This document shows, piece by piece, positions 36,086 through 43,531 of a DNA stretch of 43,531 bases. Both the position numbers and the translations under genes were made by a program. Under the pieces are notes generated by a model. The model did no database searches, was not told the DNA's origin, and was given only the letters and a program-made list of their open reading frames with translations. How positions within the stretch are numbered: the stretch's first letter is position 1; each line of letters opens with the position of its first letter. The DNA lies in sequence record DRR723986_647, one strand, 5' to 3'.

Positions 36086-37180
36086 TTACACGGTGATCTC
36101 TTCCAGTGGTACAAAGTCCATGTCGAAGCCGAAGGCGCGGGGCGCGACGGCTTTTAGCGCGTGGGGCGTGCGGAAAAAGTCGGGGCAGCCCACTGCAAAC
36201 ACCGCAACCCGCTGGCCGTAGCGCAGGCGCTCTGCGTTGATCGGTGTGCCGGTTTCATAGTCCACAATCACGATCAGGTCTGGCACAGTGGCCACAACGC
36301 GGCCATCCAGCTTGGCCACCAAATATTCATTTTTGATGTTAATCACCAGTGATGACCCTTCATCGCCGAACGGCGTCAGTGTTGCCTCGCCGATGTCATA
36401 GCCGCCAATGATGCGCGTGGCCTTGTCACTCACCTTACCGGCAAACAGCATGCGGCATTCGCCGTAAACCGACGCCGCGAACAACTCCTGCAGCGCTGGC
36501 AGCATAAGGTCTGCTCGGCCCCGGTTTTCACGCAAGCATTTGCCCAGCGCCACCGAAAAGCTAACCGTGCCCGGAATGATCGCAGGCTTTAGCTGCGCCC
36601 CGGTCATGGGGTGCTCCGCCGTTGTGAGCATGCCGCCAGACGCCATGGCCAGCGCCCTAATATGACGCTCATAGCTCGGGGTATCTTTGGTGGTAAAAGT
36701 GGTGCTGTTACCGGCATAATCATATGCCACCGCAGGCGACGGGCACACACCCGCGATGGCGTAGGTCATCATTTGTGCCTCGGGCAGCGCGCGGCCCATG
36801 CCGTCCCCGTCCACAACGGGCAGCCCGCGACCAGCCGCCGCCATTATCGGTATCAGCGAATTACCGCCGCCAATTTCAAAGGACACAACCGCGTCCACCT
36901 TGCGGCCCACATGGTTCTCGTATGCGTCCAGTGTGCGCGCTGCCTCGCCCAGCGACGGCAGCATCTCCAGGCTGACAGTGGGAGCGCCCACGCCGCCGAT
37001 AGACACCACATGCGCATCGTCAGGCAGATCATTCACATCGATCAATTCAGCCGGGCCGTATTTTTTGAGAGCCTGTTCGGTAAGCAACTGCGGCACATGC
37101 GGGTCACCGCCGCCGCCGGTTGCCAGAAACACCGCGCCCAAAGACAGATCGTCCAGGTCTTCAACATTAATCTGCATCAA
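36086..37180 (-). CDS. DUF917-family protein
   Basis: ATGGGGDP, EIGGGNS, VDGDGMGRALPE, KNEYL and VPDLI. Confidence 0.9.
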   Translation of the reverse strand: MMQINVEDLDDLSLGAVFLATGGGGDPHVPQLLTEQALKKYGPAELIDVNDLPDDAHVVSIGGVGAPTVSLEMLPSLGEAARTLDAYENHVGRKVDAVVSFEIGGGNSLIPIMAAAGRGLPVVDGDGMGRALPEAQMMTYAIAGVCPSPAVAYDYAGNSTTFTTKDTPSYERHIRALAMASGGMLTTAEHPMTGAQLKPAIIPGTVSFSVALGKCLRENRGRADLMLPALQELFAASVYGECRMLFAGKVSDKATRIIGGYDIGEATLTPFGDEGSSLVINIKNEYLVAKLDGRVVATVPDLIVIVDYETGTPINAERLRYGQRVAVFAVGCPDFFRTPHALKAVAPRAFGFDMDFVPLEEITV

Positions 37181-38748
37181 TTTTGCTCCTGACTAGAGGC
37201 TGAGCTCCCGAGAATGGCAATGTCACCAATCACCTTCACCCGCACTCGGGTATTGCCCTCGTCCATATAGGGAATGGCGGTTTCATCTATTTCGGCAACG
37301 CGGATGGTGCTGGCATCTGCGCCCGCGGTAACGGCGCGCTCAGTTGCTTCTTGTGTCACGGCCCTAATCGCCTCATCGCGCGGCAAGCTGCTGTAGGAAA
37401 CCAGCCGTTCGCTTTCACCGCCAATTTGGGCAATGGCCGCGCCGATGGCGTTGGCCACCCCTGCGTTTTCAGGCCGGTGCAGCACACTGGCGGCTTTCAG
37501 GCCGCCGGTTACCAAAACCGCACCGCCGCCTACGAGGATAACCGGCACAGGGTCGCTGTTAGGTTTCATCATATCAATGGCGTTATCGAGCATTTGGTGG
37601 ATGGTGTTGATGCCGTTTTCAATTGTCTCCGCGCTCACGCCGCTCAATGCCGTTTTGTCGCCAATGTCTTCAGCACCCGAGCCGACCACCAGATCAGTTG
37701 CCGTGAGCGTGCTGCCGCCGAACACAAGCCCTTCGGTCACCAGCCGGTGCCCCACTGACTGTGGGCCGATGGTTTTGCCGTCTGCAGCAACGATACTGCC
37801 GCCGCCGAGCCCCACGGCCATAATGTCAGGCATGCGGAAATTGGTACGCACACCGCCAACCGAGATCACCACATTGCTTTCGCGCGGGAAGCCGCCCTCC
37901 AGCACGCCGATGTCTGATGTGGTGCCGCCGATATCAACAACGATGGCATCGGTAAGCCCGGTTAGCTTGCAGGCCCCGCGCAACGAGTTGGTTGGCCCGG
38001 AGGCAAAAGTGAGGGCAGGAAACTGCTTCACAAACGACGAATTCATCAGGGTGCCGTCATTTTGGCTAACAAACATGGGGCACGTGAGGCCGCGTGTTGT
38101 CATGGCATCATCAAACGCATCCACAACCCGCTCCGCAAACGCCAAAAGCGCGGTATTGAGGAGCGCGGCATTTTCCCGCTCCATCAAGCCCAAGCGGCCC
38201 ATACTGTGAGACAGCGTGATGCGCACACCGGGGATAGCGGCACGCACCTTGGCAGCCACATATTCTTCCGGGTCGGCATTCATGGGCGAGAAAACGCTGG
38301 AGATGGCCACATTGGTGATGCCCTGCTTCACCAGGTCAGCGATCATGGCATCAATTTCGTCGTCTACCAGCTCGGCCATTGGCCAGCCGTCATACTGCAT
38401 GCCGCCAGTGAGCATATAGGTGTGCCTCCCCAGCGCATCGGCTATATCATCGGGCCAATCCACCATGGGCGGCAGTCCCGCACTAGACGGCAGGCAAATG
38501 CGCACGGCGGCAACGCGGGAAAGCTCGCGCCGTTCCACCACCGCATTGGTAAATTGGGTGGTACCAATCATCATGGCCTCAACCTGATCTTCGCGCACAC
38601 CAGTGTCGGCCATGATGGTATCAAGCGCATTGGTGATACCGGTGAGCACATCAGCGGTGGTGAGCGCCTTGGTGGAGGCAACCACCTCATTGTTAGCCAG
38701 CAAAACAGCATCCGTATGCGTGCCACCAACATCAATTCCTATGCGCAT
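37177..38748 (-). CDS. Hydantoinase/oxoprolinase family protein
   Basis: IGIDVGGTHTDAV, IGTTQFTNA, SGPTNS and DIGGTTSD. Confidence 0.92.
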   Translation of the reverse strand: MRIGIDVGGTHTDAVLLANNEVVASTKALTTADVLTGITNALDTIMADTGVREDQVEAMMIGTTQFTNAVVERRELSRVAAVRICLPSSAGLPPMVDWPDDIADALGRHTYMLTGGMQYDGWPMAELVDDEIDAMIADLVKQGITNVAISSVFSPMNADPEEYVAAKVRAAIPGVRITLSHSMGRLGLMERENAALLNTALLAFAERVVDAFDDAMTTRGLTCPMFVSQNDGTLMNSSFVKQFPALTFASGPTNSLRGACKLTGLTDAIVVDIGGTTSDIGVLEGGFPRESNVVISVGGVRTNFRMPDIMAVGLGGGSIVAADGKTIGPQSVGHRLVTEGLVFGGSTLTATDLVVGSGAEDIGDKTALSGVSAETIENGINTIHQMLDNAIDMMKPNSDPVPVILVGGGAVLVTGGLKAASVLHRPENAGVANAIGAAIAQIGGESERLVSYSSLPRDEAIRAVTQEATERAVTAGADASTIRVAEIDETAIPYMDEGNTRVRVKVIGDIAILGSSASSQEQN

Positions 38749-38751
38749 GGC

Positions 38752-40047
38752 TTACTCCTGAACGTCTTTGGTTGAATTTGAATTTTGAGTGCGGCCTTTC
38801 CAGGAAAGTGCGCCGTACATCAAGGCAGCGACAAAAACAGAATCCAGCACACCAACACCAAGCAGCGACCCGATCATGCCTTCGTTAATAAGCGCAGCCA
38901 CCGCTGCCCCCACACCCCAAGAGACGAAAGCCATAGGCGACAAAGCGCGGTTATTAGCCAGCCGCTCTTCGCAGTAAGCGTCGCGGCTGATGAACAGATA
39001 ATCGGTGATAATAACGCCTGCCACCGGCACAAATATGACCGCAAGAAACGCAAGGAACGCGAGGAAACTGTCTAGAATATTGAGGAAAGCCGCCCCCACA
39101 CCCAGCGCGCCCAGAACCGCTGTGACCATCGCGCCTTTCAGCTTTGGGAAGGTGGCTTCAACGCTGAGCACCGTGCTGTATAAGTTCAGCGAATTTAGCA
39201 CCCAGCTGCCGGCGATAACGATGGCAAAGGCCCCAAGCCCAAGACCGAAATGCAGCATAACATCCAGCACTTCGGTTTTCCCCGAGGCCGCACCGGCCAT
39301 GCCAGCCACCGCAAACACCACAAGCTCCACCACCATATAGGCCCAGAAAGCCACCTGAATGGCCCCCTTCCAGTGGCGGATGAAACGGGTGATGTCGGGC
39401 AGGATAATCGCACCGATGATGATGCCGCCCACCACGGCAGAAACGCCGTCGCTGATGGTGGCCGTTGCCACGCGCTCGATGGCCATAAGGTCATTCAAAC
39501 TGTGGCTCTCGAACGTGCCGTAGAGCAGCATGGCGGTCACAATTGCCAGCACAGGCGCAAGCCATGAGGCCAGCACATTGATGGCGCGGAAACCGAAAAT
39601 GGTGGTGGTTGTCATGAGGATACCAGCACCAATTTCAATGGGCCATGCGGGTACGGTAAGCCCGAAAACATCAGCGGCCAAGCGCACCGCCGCGCCTGAA
39701 AAAAGGTCAATGTTAACGCCGAACCAGCCCACCAGTGACACCGCGAAAGCGATATTAACCAGGGCTGCGCCTTTGTCGCCAAATGCAATGCGCACCAACA
39801 GGTAAGAGCTAAGACGGGTGCGTGCACCGATAGAGCCCATGGTGGCACCAATGACGGTGAGGATGGCGGAGCCAACAAACAGGGCGATCATCATGTCAAT
39901 AAAAGTGAGCTGGGAATACATCTCCAGCCCGGTGACAAATACCGGCAGCGCAAAAGCGACCATAACGGCGATGGCTGCGACCCTCGGCCAGGCTACAAGC
40001 TGGTCATCGGTTATGGGTGCTGCTGAAAATTCGCTGTTATCAGTCAT
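38752..40047 (-). CDS. Cytosine/purine (NCS1, CodB-like) permease
   Basis: About 12 TM segments; GWFGVN, PDITRF and NLYS. Start MTDNSEF. Confidence 0.85.
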   Translation of the reverse strand: MTDNSEFSAAPITDDQLVAWPRVAAIAVMVAFALPVFVTGLEMYSQLTFIDMMIALFVGSAILTVIGATMGSIGARTRLSSYLLVRIAFGDKGAALVNIAFAVSLVGWFGVNIDLFSGAAVRLAADVFGLTVPAWPIEIGAGILMTTTTIFGFRAINVLASWLAPVLAIVTAMLLYGTFESHSLNDLMAIERVATATISDGVSAVVGGIIIGAIILPDITRFIRHWKGAIQVAFWAYMVVELVVFAVAGMAGAASGKTEVLDVMLHFGLGLGAFAIVIAGSWVLNSLNLYSTVLSVEATFPKLKGAMVTAVLGALGVGAAFLNILDSFLAFLAFLAVIFVPVAGVIITDYLFISRDAYCEERLANNRALSPMAFVSWGVGAAVAALINEGMIGSLLGVGVLDSVFVAALMYGALSWKGRTQNSNSTKDVQE

Positions 40048-40174
40048 GGCTTCTGTCCCCTTCTCTGGCCTTGTATTGCCGAGAAACCGTAGCATGACAC
40101 ACTGAATACAAAATAGGCTTTTGAAGTGAGGCGGGAAAACCGTAGGATATTTTGTGAGGGTGGAGGAAACAAAC

Positions 40175-40678
40175 ATGGCTGATAAACCAACCATTAAGCT
40201 GGATGCGATTAACAAGAAAATTTTGGCGACGATCCATTTGCACGCGGACTTGTCGAACCAGGAACTGGCGGAACAGGTTGGGCTTTCACCCAGCGCCTGT
40301 TTTCAGCGCACCAAAGCACTTAAAGAAGCCGGCTATTTCTTCAACTTCCACACCGAGATGGACCTAGACCGTATCTGCGAGCATGTGCTGGCCTATGTGG
40401 AATTCACATTAGAAAGCAACAGCGCCGTGCACCGAAAGGCGTTTGAAGCGGCGGTAAACGACATTCCGGAATTTATGGATTGTCTGCGCCTGAACGACGG
40501 CACTGACTATATCAGCTTTACCTGCTCGCCTAATGTGCAGGCACTGAACGCCCTGTGCGATACGCTTAGCGGCGACCCAGCACTGGGGGTGAAAAGCATT
40601 AAAACCCGGATGATTATGGAGCGTACCAAGTGGTATTTGGGCTATCCGCTCGAGAAACTGCGGTGGTTGGATGAGTGA
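40175..40678 (+). CDS. Lrp/AsnC-family regulator
   Basis: LDAINKKILA...SNQELAEQVGLSPSACFQRTKALKEAG; RBS GGAGG. Confidence 0.92.
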   Translation: MADKPTIKLDAINKKILATIHLHADLSNQELAEQVGLSPSACFQRTKALKEAGYFFNFHTEMDLDRICEHVLAYVEFTLESNSAVHRKAFEAAVNDIPEFMDCLRLNDGTDYISFTCSPNVQALNALCDTLSGDPALGVKSIKTRMIMERTKWYLGYPLEKLRWLDE

Positions 40679-41678
40679 GGCGGCATTGCATTTACCCACA
40701 AAGGCGGAAATTGACGCCGCGCGCAGGAACCTTGAAGGCATTACCGTGCGCACGCCCTTGGTGCCCTTTTTCGGGCATGGTGGTACGAACGCCGAAAACA
40801 CCGATCAAATATACCTGAAGCTGGAAAATATTCAGCGGTTTGGCTCGTTCAAATTGCGTGCCGCGGCCAATGCAATCAAATCAATTCCGGCAAACCAGTT
40901 GAAACACGGCATCGTTACGGCCAGTGCTGGCAATTTTGGCCAAGGCCTGTGTGCGGCGGCAGACTTGCTGGACGTAAAATGCACCGTGATTGTACCCGAC
41001 ACCGCCGCGCGCACAAAGGTGGCGACCATGCGCGCGCTGGGCGCAGACATCATTGAAGTGCCTTACGCGGATTGGTGGCGGGTGCTGGAAACCCGCGAAC
41101 CGGGCATCGCAGGGCAGTCTTGGGGGCAGTTTATTCACCCGGTATGCGAACAGGCGGTAATGGCAGGCAACGCCACCGTTGGCGCTGAAATTCTGGAAGA
41201 CCTGCCGGACGCTGACATTATAACCGTGCCGGTTGGCGGCGGCGGACTAGCGTGCGGTATCGGCGCGGCGGTTAAGGCCGCAGGCGGCAGGGCTAAATTG
41301 ATCGCGGCAGAGTCTGAAACATCCATGCCGGTTGCGGCCGCGCTGAAACAGGGCAAACCGGTAGAAGTGGATCACACCATTAGCTTCATTGACGGCATGG
41401 GCGGCAAGATTGTGCTGGATGCCATGTGGCCGCTGCTTCAGGATGTGTTAAGCGGCGCGGTAAGCAGCACCCACGCGCAAATCGCAGACGCAATACGACA
41501 ACTGGCAACCTACCACCGGGTGATTGCCGAAGGCGCAGGCGCGGCATCGCTGGCCGCAGCACTAAACCTGACGACAACCCCGGAAAACCAAGCCCGGAAA
41601 ATCGTGTGCGTGATTTCGGGCGGCAACATCGACACCGCCGTGCTAAAAACCATTATGAACGGTCACACACCGACGTAA
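40671..41678 (+). CDS. PLP-dependent threonine/serine dehydratase family enzyme
   Basis: KLENIQRFGSFKLR, SAGNFGQG, PVGGGGL and VISGGNID. Confidence 0.9.
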   Translation: MSEAALHLPTKAEIDAARRNLEGITVRTPLVPFFGHGGTNAENTDQIYLKLENIQRFGSFKLRAAANAIKSIPANQLKHGIVTASAGNFGQGLCAAADLLDVKCTVIVPDTAARTKVATMRALGADIIEVPYADWWRVLETREPGIAGQSWGQFIHPVCEQAVMAGNATVGAEILEDLPDADIITVPVGGGGLACGIGAAVKAAGGRAKLIAAESETSMPVAAALKQGKPVEVDHTISFIDGMGGKIVLDAMWPLLQDVLSGAVSSTHAQIADAIRQLATYHRVIAEGAGAASLAAALNLTTTPENQARKIVCVISGGNIDTAVLKTIMNGHTPT

Positions 41679-41742
41679 ACGGCAACATTACCTAGGCCAT
41701 ATTTCTTACTTGCGACGAAGTATTACGGACGCCTGAATGCCG

Positions 41743-42294
41743 TCAGCCTTTTGGCCCTAACAGCTCATGGATAAGAATATTCTCGACAATTATCGGGCTG
41801 TCAGGAAAAAGCTTTAGAGTATCAGCCGCCACTTTTTCCATGAAGGCGCTTTCAGCGTATGCGAGTAGTTCCTCTGCTGGGTAATTTCCCAATATCCGGC
41901 GCATGGTTGAGGCAATTTCGGGCACAACAACTGTTTCGGCATAACCCGGCCCAATGTTATTGTGCAAATCTGGCAATTTTGCAGAAAGGGGGCGGAAGCG
42001 ACCGGACCACTGCACGCTCATCTCCACGCCATCTTTGGATATAAAACTGGTTGTTTCTTCCGTGGTTAAAGAACGCATATCGTAGATATAGATTTCATCC
42101 CACGGGAGCTTGTAACTTGTTCCTCCCTGTAAAATTTGGTCGGTTGTGCCACCAAAAAAGCGGCTCCAGTACACGCCTTGCTGATCAGGGCCATAAGATA
42201 CAACGACCGTATTCCAAAGAAAAGCCAGGGTGAATGCCAGCACTACACCCAACAAAACAAAACCAATTCGAAGTTTGCGCATGGTTTGTATCAC
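41743..42294 (-). CDS. SPFH/prohibitin-family membrane protein
   Basis: N-terminal TM; GVYWSRFFGGT, KLPWD and LHNNIGPGY..TVVVPEI; short C-terminus. Confidence 0.75.
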   Translation of the reverse strand: MIQTMRKLRIGFVLLGVVLAFTLAFLWNTVVVSYGPDQQGVYWSRFFGGTTDQILQGGTSYKLPWDEIYIYDMRSLTTEETTSFISKDGVEMSVQWSGRFRPLSAKLPDLHNNIGPGYAETVVVPEIASTMRRILGNYPAEELLAYAESAFMEKVAADTLKLFPDSPIIVENILIHELLGPKG

Positions 42295-42485
42295 TCAATA
42301 TCGTGAAGGTTAGATGTTCGCCCAGGCCAACTTATTTGGCCAAGCAAAGCCAAGATAATGAACATAAGCAGCGGCGTAAACAGCACGCTAGCAAGCGATA
42401 CGCCCCAAAACCCGATACGGCTGTTGCGGCCAAGATATCCGACAAAAACAGAAGCAATTAGAAACAGCGGCATTAGAATTATCAT
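42291..42485 (-). CDS. Small 2-TM membrane protein
   Basis: VGYLGRNSRIGFWG..LASVLFTPL; RBS GGGAG; coupled to the SPFH gene. Confidence 0.65.
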   Translation of the reverse strand: MIILMPLFLIASVFVGYLGRNSRIGFWGVSLASVLFTPLLMFIILALLGQISWPGRTSNLHDIE

Positions 42486-42549
42486 GGAGGTAAGCTCCCT
42501 TTAAACGCATTCTGCACACTAGGTAGCTGCGCCAACCAACTCAGAGCAA

Positions 42550-43531
42550 TCACCCACCGTATTGACTGGACTGAGCGGCCTTTCTACAGCGATGCGCCAC
42601 AGCAACACTGGCAGCAATGATCGCCACCCATATGTAGGACACGCCGGGCTTTTGCAGGGAAAAATCCACCAAGGAATGAAGGCCGAGCTGGATCATGACG
42701 GTGATGCCAAGGGCAATGAAGGGCCGGTATTGATTGCCGTATTTTAGCGAGCCGATGAGGAAGATAAAAAGACTTAATAGTGAGGCAATCAAGAGCACTG
42801 AAGCGGGAATACCCGCAGTGAAGGCAATTTCCAGATAGTCATTGTGGGCCCGGTCAAAATATAGCTTTACGGTTTCATCTTGATAAAGGCGGAAAGTATC
42901 ATCGAATGAACCCAAACCAAAACCTGTTATTGGCCGATCAAGAATTCCATCTACAACAAGCGGATAGACATCAAACCTGGAATCTAAACTGACATCACTT
43001 TGCAAACGCTGCTCCAGTCTATCTCCGCTAAGTGAGAATAAACCGACACCAATCGCGAAAACGACACCGATTCCACCAAGAAAGCGCCAACCTATTCGCT
43101 TTTCACCGTACCGGTTGGGACTTAGCATAAATAGCAGGAAAGCAGCGGCCACAACCGTCGCAACTCCAGCGCGGGAATTGGACAATAATAAAGACACTGC
43201 AATTACCAGAATAGCCAACGGCAACCACCATGCTTTGGTCAGCATAGTCTCTAAAACATGGCGGTAAAGCTCTTTACCCTTGCGGCCTTCCGCCAACTCG
43301 TCCTGTGCCCAGAAGAGAGCATAAGCAATCAAACACTGAAGCCCTATACCCGCAAAAGCAGCAAAACTATTACGGTTTAGGAAAGTACTGGTTAGAGAAT
43401 AGTAATTGGTCCATTTCTCGTACCAGAGAATTGTTTCATTCCCAGAGACGTAAACTATAAAACCATATGCGGCGTATAATGCGCCTACCAAGCCGCAAAA
43501 CCGAATTAGGTTAATCGCTTTCTGTCGCCGC
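42550..43531 (-). CDS. O-antigen ligase (Wzy_C) family protein, 5'-partial
   Basis: FLNRNSFA, SNSRAG, GFGLGSF, AHNDYLE and HSLVDFSLQ; the frame probably continues beyond the right edge. Confidence 0.85.
   Translation of the reverse strand, partial: RRQKAINLIRFCGLVGALYAAYGFIVYVSGNETILWYEKWTNYYSLTSTFLNRNSFAAFAGIGLQCLIAYALFWAQDELAEGRKGKELYRHVLETMLTKAWWLPLAILVIAVSLLLSNSRAGVATVVAAAFLLFMLSPNRYGEKRIGWRFLGGIGVVFAIGVGLFSLSGDRLEQRLQSDVSLDSRFDVYPLVVDGILDRPITGFGLGSFDDTFRLYQDETVKLYFDRAHNDYLEIAFTAGIPASVLLIASLLSLFIFLIGSLKYGNQYRPFIALGITVMIQLGLHSLVDFSLQKPGVSYIWVAIIAASVAVAHRCRKAAQSSQYGG

Noticed and set aside
32069-38775. Long antisense ORFs (e.g. 32069-32779, 37433-38209, 38062-38775)
   Set aside because: These are shadow frames of well-supported genes on the opposite strand, with no motifs of their own.
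1-43531. CRISPR array, tRNA, rRNA, IS element or att site
   Set aside because: I recognised no repeat-spacer array, cloverleaf, rRNA motif, transposase or flanking direct repeat.

Overview
Alphaproteobacterial chromosome segment; a marine Kordiimonas-like host is my inference from gene content and an alpha-type LexA box. The left ~18 kb is a phage-derived element that resembles a gene transfer agent (GTA), mostly on the minus strand. An XRE/CI-like repressor with an apparently degenerate S24 domain sits divergent from a YdaU/DUF1376 replication-initiator-like gene and a DUF6362-like late regulator. Downstream come terS, terL, an HK97 portal, a prohead protease, the major capsid protein, a 1,049-aa repeat-containing fibre and small virion-type genes running off the left edge. 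No integrase, cro or helicase is visible. The head genes are split by inserted genes (two PAS paralogues, a Zn-ribbon/2TM pair, cspA, a membrane-anchored protein with a LexA box, and a secreted eukaryote-like ubiquitin) and by intrinsic terminators. The prohead protease carries an AT-rich 140-aa C-terminal domain that starts right after LEAK, the same motif as the inferred capsid maturation site, which suggests protease-released cargo inside the capsid. A palindromic operator TTACG-N5-CGTAA recurs at three loci of the element. The right ~25 kb is mostly ordinary host genes: a DM13 protein, two tandem TonB-dependent receptors, an MBL hydrolase, DUF2490, thioredoxin-like, an oxidoreductase/TetR pair, a kinase, YcaQ, VOC proteins, LysR, a DUF917-hydantoinase-permease operon with Lrp and a PLP dehydratase, SPFH and an O-antigen ligase. 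It also holds a candidate C-rich sRNA and a candidate ribosome-mediated attenuator. All family assignments come from motif recognition by eye; no searches were run.
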